Sequence record: OR493421.1
Length of the DNA: 64,000 nucleotides
Reading direction: 5' to 3' (one strand)
The notes under the pieces were generated by a model that was given only the letters and a program-made list of their open reading frames with translations, was not told the origin of the DNA and made no database searches. Shown in pieces: positions 8,224 through 17,426 of the stretch (position 1 is the first letter of the stretch; every line of letters starts with the position of its first letter). The position numbers and the translations under genes are program-made.

Positions 8224-8550
8224 TTAGTTAAACATGGCTTTGGCTTGATTACGAGTACCGTTAGAAGCGCGCAGGTCCCCAGTGAGTTTGGTGTAACGCA
8301 ATACGATCAATCCCTTGTCAGTATCCGTTAACGTAGAGCGAGGCATGTATTCCGAATTATCGAAAGCGCCTTGCAAAGAGGTCGCAACCAATCCAGCTTG
8401 GTTTTCGGCAACCAAGAAAACGGCCGAACCTTCTTTGTATTCGAGGATATGATCTTCGTATAAATTACGGTCGACGTGTTGTTTCACGATCGCTTTGATC
8501 TCCTCCATAGTCGCATCTACAAAAACAGTTACGATTTTAATAATTCGCAT
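8224..8550 (-). CDS. hypothetical protein (108 aa)
   Basis: GGAG RBS overlapping the ligase stop; abuts the next gene. Confidence 0.65.
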   Translation of the reverse strand: MRIIKIVTVFVDATMEEIKAIVKQHVDRNLYEDHILEYKEGSAVFLVAENQAGLVATSLQGAFDNSEYMPRSTLTDTDKGLIVLRYTKLTGDLRASNGTRNQAKAMFN

Positions 8551-8560
8551 TGCTTTTCTC

Positions 8561-10465
8561 CTAAATGGCTGTTAATATTTGATCGATAATTTGTTCTACA
8601 GTGTGAACGTCGGTTGCTTCTATAACCACTTTATTCATGGCGATGGCTTTATCCTTCTTACCCTGACTCCCTCCAGGTGCGAAGACGAGAACATCCATCT
8701 TTTTAGTTACGCCGTCCAGTAACTCAATCCCAGAAAGATTGAACTTCTCTTCTGCTGCTTTTCTCGGAATGGATAACCCCCCGGTAACACAAACTTTGAT
8801 ATCGTGTTCTTGTCCTTTTTCAAATGTTAACGTGAGTTTATTCAGTACGTTTTCGACATCCGTAAAAAGAGCCGGGTTACTTAAAAACGATTGGATCTCA
8901 TTTACGGTACTCACTCCAACACCTTCAATCTCCAGCAAACGTTTAACGTCTTTAAGCAGAGCGATTAGATCTTCCACACTGCCGACTTGAGCGGTGATGA
9001 GTTTGGCGGTTCCTTCGGCGACACCAGGAATCCCTAAAGCACCCAGCACTTTATACGCCGGGTAACTTCCTAAGTTATTAAGTTTCTCAATAACCTTCTC
9101 GGTATTCCTATCCAAACCCTCCCCTGAAAGGATTTCTCCTAAGTTAAGAATGTCAGAAAGCGTGCTGACTTTCCCTTCCCCGACATGTTTCTCCATCATC
9201 TTATCGCCGTAACCTTTGATATCCAATCCCTTACGACTGACAAAATTAATGAATCGCTGGATATGCTGCGCTGGACAATCCGCGGTATTTTTACAGGTTA
9301 AGAAGATGTTCTTCTCGTCTTTCCCTTCGTACATCAGGATGGACGAACATGACGGACAGACTTTAGGGGTTTTAAACTCGTCCCCTAATCCGGCTTCCAC
9401 AACCTTAACGAAATAAGGAATGACGTCACCGTTACGGGCAATGATAATCCGACTCCCTTTACGCACACCTGTTTTGATAAAGTGACGATAATTGAACAAA
9501 GAACATTCCGTGTTTGTGTTACCGCCTAACGTAACCGCCTTATAGGTGAGAACTGGGGTGACCCGACCTGTTCTACCCGTTTCCCATGAAACGTTTTCAG
9601 CAATGGTTTCCGCTTGCTCTGGAGGGAACTTATAAGCGACGCCCCAGCGAGGATATTCGTTAGTCGAACCCAATTCGTCTTGATCAGAAAAACTATCGAT
9701 AACGGAAACGATTCCGTCAGTAGGAAGAAGTGGGGGACGGTTATTATTGACAATGTCTTCATACTGACATTCCGGGGCAGTACTGAAACCGAAGTCACGG
9801 AGTTTATCCATAACGGCGGAGTAAGTCTCTAAACCGAAACGCTCACTACACCAATAAACGTTGTAGGAGATCTTACCTGCCAGATCCACGTTGTCTTTTG
9901 GATTCCTGCGAATAAGACCCGATGCCGCACTACGACAATTGGGATAACTCTTGGCGTTGATCTCATTGATAACAACCAGATCATCCAGTCTGACGTACCC
10001 TTCCCCTCGTAACCAAACTCGGTGGAAATCCTTTAAAGCCGGATTTTCTAAAGGGAGCTGATCTGGTGAGAAAACCCCGGCGTTATCTAAAATATCTTCC
10101 CCGGTCAATCCATCCCCGCGCGTACGGAGTTTAGTTAACAAACCAAACTCGTAACAGGCTTCGATCGCCAGACCGTCCAGTTTGTAAGAATGATATTTAT
10201 CCTTATCTTCGTAATCGGATTCCCAGGCTTCGTATTCCGATAAGTTCAATTTCTTAGATAAAGATAACATGGGGATGTCTAACCCTACCTTGTGCAGAGC
10301 ACTCCCCTCCATATCTAACAAGATGGGAGAGGAACTTTTATTACCGCCCAACGCGTCGTATTGCCGTTTTAATTCGTCGTATTGATCGTCGGATATTTCC
10401 GGATCGTTATCTAAAAAATAACGTTTATTATGATACCTGATTTGTTCAGCTAGTTGCTCTCTCAT
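8561..10465 (-). CDS. ligA: NAD-dependent DNA ligase
   Basis: Domain Ia (YHNKRY...ISDDQYD), adenylation motif YKLDG, TRGDG..GED, RGE, AYKFP, Zn finger CPSC..C..C, HhH region and C-terminal BRCT. Confidence 0.95.
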   Translation of the reverse strand: MREQLAEQIRYHNKRYFLDNDPEISDDQYDELKRQYDALGGNKSSSPILLDMEGSALHKVGLDIPMLSLSKKLNLSEYEAWESDYEDKDKYHSYKLDGLAIEACYEFGLLTKLRTRGDGLTGEDILDNAGVFSPDQLPLENPALKDFHRVWLRGEGYVRLDDLVVINEINAKSYPNCRSAASGLIRRNPKDNVDLAGKISYNVYWCSERFGLETYSAVMDKLRDFGFSTAPECQYEDIVNNNRPPLLPTDGIVSVIDSFSDQDELGSTNEYPRWGVAYKFPPEQAETIAENVSWETGRTGRVTPVLTYKAVTLGGNTNTECSLFNYRHFIKTGVRKGSRIIIARNGDVIPYFVKVVEAGLGDEFKTPKVCPSCSSILMYEGKDEKNIFLTCKNTADCPAQHIQRFINFVSRKGLDIKGYGDKMMEKHVGEGKVSTLSDILNLGEILSGEGLDRNTEKVIEKLNNLGSYPAYKVLGALGIPGVAEGTAKLITAQVGSVEDLIALLKDVKRLLEIEGVGVSTVNEIQSFLSNPALFTDVENVLNKLTLTFEKGQEHDIKVCVTGGLSIPRKAAEEKFNLSGIELLDGVTKKMDVLVFAPGGSQGKKDKAIAMNKVVIEATDVHTVEQIIDQILTAI

Positions 10466-10499
10466 GGTAAAAATTTCCTAAATGCAAAAATAGTGGTTT

Positions 10500-10529
10500 T
10501 ACTATCTCTTGGTTTCCCAAGAGATAGTA
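10500..10529. terminator. 13-bp hairpin between the HAD and ligase genes
   Basis: TACTATCTCTTGG-TTTC-CCAAGAGATAGTA. Confidence 0.55.
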
Positions 10530-10543
10530 GGTATCGTTTAAAT

Positions 10544-11170
10544 TTAAAGCAATTGCATGATATCAGAAACGGATTTAACCTTGCGCTGAAGGCGATAACC
10601 GGAGTAATCGGAAATGCCGTTATAATGCAGAATTCGACTATCTCTAGCATGAACCTTATTCAGATCATGTAGCGGGTTATCGTCAACCAACTTAAAGGAT
10701 TCTGACTGGGTCTCGAGGTACTTCAACTTATCAGGATGAACCTTGGGGTCGAGGACGTGGACTTCGTCAAAATGCTTCATTCCGATATTAGTATCTAGCC
10801 AATATTCGGAGTAAGATTTAGCTTTGGGATGAAACCCGCGATGGGTACAAACACCTACCTTTCCACCTTTAGCTTTTATTGTTTTGAGCAAGCAAATAAA
10901 AGCGTCCAGATTCCCTTCTAATAACGGAGAACGATTAACTGATAACATAAAGTTACCGTCTTCCAGGAAGTGGGTAAAAATGTAATCACCTATTGGTTTA
11001 GGTAGTTGTAGGGTCGTTAATCCATTCTTTTCTGATTGAACGAGAACGTCGTGAACGTCATGTTCTCCATTCAGCTTAGTAAACGTTTTAGCGCGGCGAT
11101 ATAAATAAGGGTTGGTGCCGGTCAGGGTGTCGTCTAAATCAAAATAAAAATCCGGGGATTTGGTGTCCAT
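10544..11170 (-). CDS. HAD-superfamily phosphatase, 5'(3')-deoxyribonucleotidase-like
   Basis: Motif I FDLDDTL, motif II THRG, motif III Lys (PDK), motif IV LVDDNP. Confidence 0.75.
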   Translation of the reverse strand: MDTKSPDFYFDLDDTLTGTNPYLYRRAKTFTKLNGEHDVHDVLVQSEKNGLTTLQLPKPIGDYIFTHFLEDGNFMLSVNRSPLLEGNLDAFICLLKTIKAKGGKVGVCTHRGFHPKAKSYSEYWLDTNIGMKHFDEVHVLDPKVHPDKLKYLETQSESFKLVDDNPLHDLNKVHARDSRILHYNGISDYSGYRLQRKVKSVSDIMQLL

Positions 11171-11178
11171 AAAAACCT

Positions 11179-11649
11179 TTAGTGGATGGTGGGTTCTGGA
11201 TTAAAGAGTTTAACCATAACGGTTACACCGTAAATGAATTCTCTGAAATCTTTTAGGTCGTAGATTTCAGTCATGCAGGCTATCTGTTCAATCGTCGCAA
11301 TCATCGCCGGGTGAGTATCCCCGCCATATCTTTCTAGATGCTCTGCTAAATGGATAAAGAAGCGTTCGAAATCGTCTTCCAGATACCCGGTCATGTAATT
11401 ATTCACGAATGTCTGGTCAAGATCCCGATATAGTCCCTCTATACCGTCAATAGGCATAGCGGTATCCAATTTAACCAGAGCCATTCTTAATACGGGAGTA
11501 AAGCTATCAGGTAAGGGTGAGAACAACGCTAGCTCTAACCCTATTCCGTCTTCGTCGGTTTCAAAAATATACGCATCCGTGCACTCTACATCGTCTGCGT
11601 ACTGAGGGGTCTGATCTAATGGTATCTCTGAAGCAACCGTCGTATCCAT
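11179..11649 (-). CDS. hypothetical acidic protein (156 aa)
   Basis: GGAG RBS; operon context. Confidence 0.65.
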   Translation of the reverse strand: MDTTVASEIPLDQTPQYADDVECTDAYIFETDEDGIGLELALFSPLPDSFTPVLRMALVKLDTAMPIDGIEGLYRDLDQTFVNNYMTGYLEDDFERFFIHLAEHLERYGGDTHPAMIATIEQIACMTEIYDLKDFREFIYGVTVMVKLFNPEPTIH

Positions 11650-11668
11650 AGCACACTCCCATCTAAAG

Positions 11669-12079
11669 TCAGTGATAATGTTGTCTCAAAGGACTATTAG
11701 TTAACAAGGACGACTGCACTTTACTTAACATCCGTTCCCAATTAACTGGGTCTTCTTTGATAGCGCGTTCCAAAACATTAAAGGCTTCGAACTGCTCACC
11801 GCCGTATTCAACAATACTCTTGCTTTGCTCACAAGCGTCGAGCACAAATTCCATAATATTTGAATCTCCGCCATGCAAAAGAATAAGATCGCTTTCTTCA
11901 ATAATTGTCAAAGCATGAGCGATCAGCCTAAAACGACAGGCGGTGTTTTTAATTTTAAATTCGATTTTAACAACCCTACCGAATTGCTTAGTCATCCCGG
12001 CGGTAAAGGCTACGAAATACCCATTGACTTTGAATTCGCTGCGACCAAAACGGAGGTCAATAATTTCATTTTTATTCAT
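11669..12079 (-). CDS. hypothetical protein (136 aa)
   Basis: ORF in minus-strand run. Confidence 0.6.
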   Translation of the reverse strand: MNKNEIIDLRFGRSEFKVNGYFVAFTAGMTKQFGRVVKIEFKIKNTACRFRLIAHALTIIEESDLILLHGGDSNIMEFVLDACEQSKSIVEYGGEQFEAFNVLERAIKEDPVNWERMLSKVQSSLLTNSPLRQHYH

Positions 12080-12109
12080 TCTTAGAATTCCGAAAATGCG
12101 GTATAAGGG

Positions 12110-12134
12110 ATAGGGGAGGAAGAACCTCCCCTAT
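12110..12134. terminator. 10-bp intergenic hairpin
   Basis: ATAGGGGAGG-AAGAA-CCTCCCCTAT. Confidence 0.55.
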
Positions 12135-12138
12135 TAAA

Positions 12139-12396
12139 TCAGATGGCTTTACAAATATTGTACAGCGATTCATCGAGATTTGGATCTTGAAACGGTTTGG
12201 AGGGGATTACGCTTATCGGTTTATTCTGATTAGAATCGAAACAAGCGAAACCTTGGGTTTCTCCACCGAATACGATAGCGGCTGTTTTACGCCCGTCCTC
12301 AGTCTGATTTTCAATAATTTGAACGGGAATGTTACCGTTGTCGTCTTGTACTAAAACCCCTTTGTCGTTAAGGGAAAATTGCATTGTCTTGTTCAC
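12139..12396 (-). CDS. hypothetical protein (85 aa, GTG start)
   Basis: AGAGG RBS 7 nt upstream. Confidence 0.6.
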   Translation of the reverse strand: MNKTMQFSLNDKGVLVQDDNGNIPVQIIENQTEDGRKTAAIVFGGETQGFACFDSNQNKPISVIPSKPFQDPNLDESLYNICKAI

Positions 12397-12410
12397 AATA
12401 CTGCCTCTTT

Positions 12411-12445
12411 AAAAAGAGTGGGTTAAGTTACCACGCTCAACCCAC
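12411..12445 (-). terminator. hairpin plus U-tract upstream of the 85-aa gene
   Basis: Minus strand GTGGGTT-(14 nt)-AACCCAC then TCTTTTT. Confidence 0.4.
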
Positions 12446-12486
12446 AGTAAACATCCTCCTATATAAAGGATTCGATCGGTGGAAAT

Positions 12487-13155
12487 TTATTGATTATACG
12501 CGACAGCTGTTATCAAACGATCCAACTTGTTCTGATTGATAACCACGGCATACTTCGCGCTTTCTCTCTTTACCAACCGATCCATACTCCTCCTAAACTG
12601 CGCCACGGTCAATACCCGTCCTTTGTCAGTATAGAGTCGCATGTTACCTTTATGAAGTGTGATATAACGGCTTATAGGGGCGTTGGGTTTACCTTTGATT
12701 ATTTTAGCTGCGCCACCTAAACCTACCAGATGAGAAATGAACACATCCCCATCTGTGATTTTTTTATTCGTGACTTTCTCTAAGTAACGTTTGTTATCTG
12801 CTAATGCTGCGGTAGCAACTAGGATATTTGCTCTATCGTTTTTGATAGAAGCGTTAGGAGATAACCCAAGTCTTTCGTGGTGTTTCTTGAGGTTAGAGTT
12901 ATAAGTCCGCTTGGTGGTTTGCATCACACCTTTGACTTTAGAATACCGATTAACTTTATTGCGCCCCAGGCCACTTTCAATGGAACCTATTGCGGTAACT
13001 AATTCAGGGGAGATCCCCGTAAGTTTGGACGCTTCGAAAATGTAAGTTTTCTGTTTATTAAAATAGTGGTAATCCGACTGAGATGTACTCACTGATGCGA
13101 ATGCGCTACTTATCCCCATGATAAGAATGAACATTAAACCAAATGCGGTCTTCAT
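12487..13155 (-). CDS. secreted SLT-family lytic transglycosylase
   Basis: Signal peptide MKTAFGLMFILIMGISSAFA; SLT motifs AIGSIES (catalytic Glu), GVMQ, NILVATAAL, SHLVGLGG; GAGG RBS. Confidence 0.8.
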   Translation of the reverse strand: MKTAFGLMFILIMGISSAFASVSTSQSDYHYFNKQKTYIFEASKLTGISPELVTAIGSIESGLGRNKVNRYSKVKGVMQTTKRTYNSNLKKHHERLGLSPNASIKNDRANILVATAALADNKRYLEKVTNKKITDGDVFISHLVGLGGAAKIIKGKPNAPISRYITLHKGNMRLYTDKGRVLTVAQFRRSMDRLVKRESAKYAVVINQNKLDRLITAVAYNQ

Positions 13156-13173
13156 TTTTTATTTCCTCGTAGT

Positions 13174-13213
13174 AAAAAGTGAAGGGTGTAAGAGAAAATG
13201 AGACACCCTTCAC
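13174..13213 (-). terminator. 11-bp hairpin plus U-tract upstream of the SLT gene
   Basis: Minus strand GTGAAGGGTGT-(13 nt)-ACACCCTTCAC-TTTTT. Confidence 0.5.
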
Positions 13214-13222
13214 GGTTCTCTA

Positions 13223-13233
13223 AGATAATATAG
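13223..13233 (-). promoter_or_regulatory. CTATATTATCT motif, candidate phage-RNAP promoter
   Basis: Identical 11-mer at 48535-48545, both intergenic; resembles the phiKZ early TATTAC motif. Confidence 0.45.
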
Positions 13234-13245
13234 ATCTGTCTTATT

Positions 13246-13530
13246 TTACCGGCGACCGGTATTGAAATCCATACCGATTTCTTCAAGAGAGATGGCTTTG
13301 TTACCCTCAAAGAAAACATGCCCCGTCGCTATCCATTTGCGAATAGTTTCGGCTCTGGTATTGAATTCAACTAATTTTAATCCATTGACGTTTGCGTAGT
13401 TAATGACATTGGCGTAACGCAATAACCAAGTCGCTTTACGGGTGTTTATCGATGAGTTACTGATAACCTTATCGAGTTCCGCTGCGAGCTTGTCGGCTTT
13501 ATTACGCACCGTGGTAGTAAAGGTCAACAT
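13246..13530 (-). CDS. hypothetical protein (94 aa)
   Basis: AAGG RBS; follows the SbcC-like gene by 4 nt. Confidence 0.6.
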   Translation of the reverse strand: MLTFTTTVRNKADKLAAELDKVISNSSINTRKATWLLRYANVINYANVNGLKLVEFNTRAETIRKWIATGHVFFEGNKAISLEEIGMDFNTGRR

Positions 13531-13534
13531 GGTA

Positions 13535-16009
13535 TTACCTTATCGTTGTACTGAGATTGACGTTAGGGGGAACCGTTAAACCTTCTGTATTTAAAGCAAT
13601 AATGTTAGCGTTGTCCATAAGTCCGTATTGTGAAGAGTAATGACTGATCATAAAACATTGATCGATCTTACCCGTCGCCATCAGTCGTTTGACATAATCA
13701 AAGAAGCGACCACGGTGGTATTCGTCCATGTTAACACCAACCTCGTCCAAGAAAAGAGGACTGTCGTATTTCACGTACCGAGAGACAACTAACCGAAATG
13801 CGAAGTTAATAATCTCCTTTTCTCCCCCGCTACATTTAGCTACGTCAGAAGCTGTTCTGCTAGAGTCGCCATTAATAACTGGGAAGTTATAATCCATTTC
13901 ACCTTTCTTATTAACACACGGTTTAACAAAGAGAGGTGTGCTCCATATGTCCCGTATTACCGCATTCATGTTCGCGCAAATCGCGGTAATAAAGTCCTTC
14001 ATCAATTCCCCGATGTATCCTTTCTTAGGGCAGAGTCCGTCCATCAAGATCTTAAGATCAGATTGTCTTTTCTTAAGGTTCGCGATGTTATCTTCGATAG
14101 ACTCGACCAGAGTCTTTAACGACTCCTGTCTGATCATCAGAGACATGACTTCATCTTTCTGAGGGAGAAGACTTGACATTACTTCGTTGAGTCTTCTGTG
14201 TAAACTGACTTTACCCTCATCCCGTAACAAATCAAGGATTCTTGCCTGACCTTCTCTGACCGCATCAATCGTTATTTCGTAAGCGTCATAATCCTTTAAG
14301 GTCTTCTGGTGTTCCCTCAACAATGCCATACAACGACGAATTGCACGATTACTATCACCCAGCCTTTCTTCGCTGAGTGAGTACGCGGCCAGAGCCTCTT
14401 CCATATTATTCGTTTTAAACACGTTTATACGGGTTTTTAAGACGTTTATTTCTTCGGTCAAGGCATCCTGTTGTTTCTTATAATCCAGCGTCGTAGCGAG
14501 CGTTTTAATGACGTTTATGAGCCTATCGGCTGGTTCATAACCTACCTTATACTCGCTTAACAGATGAAGCAAGAATTTCGCTTCATGACTGCTTTCTACG
14601 TACTGTTCCAAAGCCCTCATTTGACTGAACCATTCTTGATCCAAAGCGAGGGTTTGTTTGTATTGCTTATACTTACTCGTTAGATGAGCGATGGTCGATT
14701 TTAATCCATCTTCCTGTTTAATCAATTTAGATTCGTAGGTCTTATCGAACCCAGGTTTAAACTGAGAAGAGCATTCAGGACACTGGACTTCCGAAGCATC
14801 ACGATAATGTTTGAGTTGATGTTGGACGTGTTCCAACTCAACCCTGGATTGTTTACCTTCGTTAAAAATCTGTTCAGACTTATCTAACCAGTTTTGGTAC
14901 TGACTCGTGGTTAACTCTGGATTAGAACAAAGGGGGATTAAGTTTATCCGATCTATCAAGGTTCTAAAACCAGGAGCGAGGTTAATCAGCCGTTCCCGGT
15001 GTTCAGATATAAACGGTTCTCGTTTGATGAGTTCTTCCGAGTCGTTCAATACCGTTTCTAGTACGGCATGACGATACTCGAGATCCAACAGTTGCGTTTC
15101 AAATTGTTTAGGGTCGTGGTCTTTCAACTCCAGTCCGCTCATCGCAGAGGAAATATCATTCAGTTGCGTCTGATACATCTTCTGCTGGGTTTCGTGATAA
15201 ACCAACGAGGCTTTTAAACTCTCGATGCTCGCCATTAATTGTTGACGTGACAGTGTCCCTGTGGTCATTCCCATCACGAGCAGAGATTTTACTTTGCTAT
15301 TGAAATCCTCAATTTCTAAACGAAGATCCCCGCTAACGTTAGCAGTTCCGTTGAGTTCTCCTTGCAGGTAAACAATTTCGTTAATGCGTTTATCGAGCTG
15401 AGAAATATCGTGGAGGAGTTCTTCTTTGGTTTTTCCTCCTAAAGCACTTACTCGTTGCTGTTCCTCAATCAATCTCTGACTTTGGTTCTTTAACGCCCCT
15501 ACGGTATCGCTATACGCTGATTTGATTTTGTTATAGACAATCAGCGCGTATTTGGTATCGTTAGGGTAGAGGTCCATTAAGAGGAACTTTCTTTCAGCCA
15601 CCCCTAATGCTGTGAAACGATAGTTTTCATTGATTGCGGTAAGAACTTTAAAGTACAACGGAGTAAGGTCAAAATACTGTTTAACCAGTTCTTTTTGTAC
15701 CGCTTGGGTGCCGCCTGAGTTAAGTTCGTTACCTTCTGAATCTTTAAACGAGTGTTTGCTTTTTGATCCCGTGAAAGATTCCAAATAATACCGTTTTCCC
15801 TTATTAATTATTTCGACGTATTTATAGCCGTCTTCTACATAGTCGGCGTTTTCAGGAGGCATCGGTGAAGCTTCGTTGAGTATGGAACTCTTCCCATGCC
15901 CATTGCGTCCAATCAGGATATTCATTAAGCCCAATTGATCCGTTTCAAAATATTCTACTCCTTTGGTGTTCAAAGGAATGTAACCTTTTAATATCAGCTT
16001 AACGATCAT
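13535..16009 (-). CDS. SbcC/Rad50-like SMC-family ATPase
   Basis: Walker A GRNGHGKS, long coiled coils, zinc hook CPEC, signature CSGGE, Walker B LFLDE, H-loop ISH; start moved from 16099 to the ATG at 16009 (MIVKLILKG). Confidence 0.85.
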   Translation of the reverse strand: MIVKLILKGYIPLNTKGVEYFETDQLGLMNILIGRNGHGKSSILNEASPMPPENADYVEDGYKYVEIINKGKRYYLESFTGSKSKHSFKDSEGNELNSGGTQAVQKELVKQYFDLTPLYFKVLTAINENYRFTALGVAERKFLLMDLYPNDTKYALIVYNKIKSAYSDTVGALKNQSQRLIEEQQRVSALGGKTKEELLHDISQLDKRINEIVYLQGELNGTANVSGDLRLEIEDFNSKVKSLLVMGMTTGTLSRQQLMASIESLKASLVYHETQQKMYQTQLNDISSAMSGLELKDHDPKQFETQLLDLEYRHAVLETVLNDSEELIKREPFISEHRERLINLAPGFRTLIDRINLIPLCSNPELTTSQYQNWLDKSEQIFNEGKQSRVELEHVQHQLKHYRDASEVQCPECSSQFKPGFDKTYESKLIKQEDGLKSTIAHLTSKYKQYKQTLALDQEWFSQMRALEQYVESSHEAKFLLHLLSEYKVGYEPADRLINVIKTLATTLDYKKQQDALTEEINVLKTRINVFKTNNMEEALAAYSLSEERLGDSNRAIRRCMALLREHQKTLKDYDAYEITIDAVREGQARILDLLRDEGKVSLHRRLNEVMSSLLPQKDEVMSLMIRQESLKTLVESIEDNIANLKKRQSDLKILMDGLCPKKGYIGELMKDFITAICANMNAVIRDIWSTPLFVKPCVNKKGEMDYNFPVINGDSSRTASDVAKCSGGEKEIINFAFRLVVSRYVKYDSPLFLDEVGVNMDEYHRGRFFDYVKRLMATGKIDQCFMISHYSSQYGLMDNANIIALNTEGLTVPPNVNLSTTIR

Positions 16010-16059
16010 ATAGTAACCATTTTTTAAATGACAAAGTCTTATAAATAAAGGGACAGGGT

Positions 16060-17046
16060 ATGAATTTACTGAATTGTTTAGGTGTCGGAACGGTAACATC
16101 GACTAAACAAACTGACTCAAAAGAAATTACCGTTTCCCTTCCATCGTATAACATGATGGCTGATGGTAGGGAAGTAGCCACAGCCCAAACCTCTGTTCAA
16201 ACTTCACAAACAGCCGACGGAACTAACAAAACTTCTCAGGTTTTGGGATCTAACTCAGTGACGGCTAAGTGGATGGGTGACGGCGGTAACCGAATGACGG
16301 CTCCGGATGTCAGAGAAGGGACACCAGTTGCCATATATCGGTATGGGGATTCAGATCAATTACTCTGGACACTCCATGGGGTCGATACGAAGACTAAGCG
16401 ACTGGAGACAGTGGTTTGGGGATTTTCCGCCAATCCTAATTTAGACGAGAATGCTGAATTCTCTCTGGATAACTATTACACGTTTGAGATCTCCACTCAT
16501 ACGGGTAAGGTTGGGTTTATGACATCCCAAGCTAATGGAGAGAAGACCAAATATCAATTCCAAGTAGATGCTCAAGCAGGGACCGTTCTCCTTGGGGATG
16601 GTGAAGGTAACATTATCGCTACTGATTCGATGTCGCACACCACGAGCGTACGAAATCAGGATGGGTCAGAAATTACACTGGCTAAGATGAACATCTTAAT
16701 TAAGTGCGCGGACACATTTGGAATTAGTGCCGATAAACTATTAAGCATAATCTGCAAACAAATGCTGGTTAGTGCGCAAGACGTCAACGTCGTCGCCCCA
16801 GAAGGCGTAAACATAAAGGCTAACACGTCGGTCATCGGTAACTTGGGCGTGGCGGGTAACATCACCACAATTGCGGGTGAAGGTGGCGATGGAACCATGC
16901 AGTGTTCAGGAACCATTAACGCAGAAGAATCTATAAATGCCAAAGGTGATGTTACAGCAGGGGGTGGCGCAGTATCCCTATTGAAACATCGTCATAGCAA
17001 TTCAGGTGGCAGCGGTACGGGCGGCATGCCGGTTGGCGGCGGTTAA
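16060..17046 (+). CDS. baseplate central spike (gpV/gp5-like)
   Basis: OB-like N-terminus (APDVREG..V), beta-repeat body, Gly-rich tip with HxH metal motif (LLKHRH) as in P2 gpV. Confidence 0.7.
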   Translation: MNLLNCLGVGTVTSTKQTDSKEITVSLPSYNMMADGREVATAQTSVQTSQTADGTNKTSQVLGSNSVTAKWMGDGGNRMTAPDVREGTPVAIYRYGDSDQLLWTLHGVDTKTKRLETVVWGFSANPNLDENAEFSLDNYYTFEISTHTGKVGFMTSQANGEKTKYQFQVDAQAGTVLLGDGEGNIIATDSMSHTTSVRNQDGSEITLAKMNILIKCADTFGISADKLLSIICKQMLVSAQDVNVVAPEGVNIKANTSVIGNLGVAGNITTIAGEGGDGTMQCSGTINAEESINAKGDVTAGGGAVSLLKHRHSNSGGSGTGGMPVGGG

Positions 17047-17053
17047 CAATAAA

Positions 17054-17089
17054 TATAGCGGAGAGGGGCTCACGCCCCTCTCCGCTATA
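17054..17089. terminator. 16-bp hairpin between convergent genes (bidirectional terminator)
   Basis: TATAGCGGAGAGGGGC-TCAC-GCCCCTCTCCGCTATA. Confidence 0.7.
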
Positions 17090-17093
17090 AACG

Positions 17094-17426
17094 TTATTCC
17101 GAATCAGGTAAGATCTGGTTAACGATATAATCCGTCAATACAAATCGAGACATACCGATTTCCGGCATCAATTGGTTAACAATGATGTCGTTGGAATCTC
17201 TGTAGTCTTCGACGTACTCAGGTTGAATTTCGTTGATGCACTCATCGATATTTTCCTCCAATGTTCCAATATCCTCTGGGAGAATCTGGTTCATCATGAG
17301 GTCCATGGCTTGATCTTCGAGATTATCCCAAGAAGGAATGATGTCGTTGATCTCCTCATCAAGATCAGGCATGTACTCCATCCCGCCAAACTCTGGCATG
17401 GTAGAGTTCATGATTACATCAAGATC
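17094..17426 (-). repeat. six tandem 19-aa acidic repeats, consensus D-x-x-h-N-x-h-x-P-[ED]
   Basis: In the last 110 aa, Asn at 7/27/46/65/84/103, Pro at 11/31/50/69/88/107, Asp at 3/23/42/61/80/99. Confidence 0.85.

Noticed and set aside
10462-10650. 62-aa minus ORF overlapping the HAD gene end and ligase start
   Set aside because: Runs through a 13-bp hairpin, overlaps two real genes and has no convincing RBS.
16010-16099. N-terminal extension of the SbcC-like ORF, and the nearby ORF 15999..16181
   Set aside because: Both overlap the divergent spike gene; the MIVKLILKG start at 16009 fits SMC-family N-termini.
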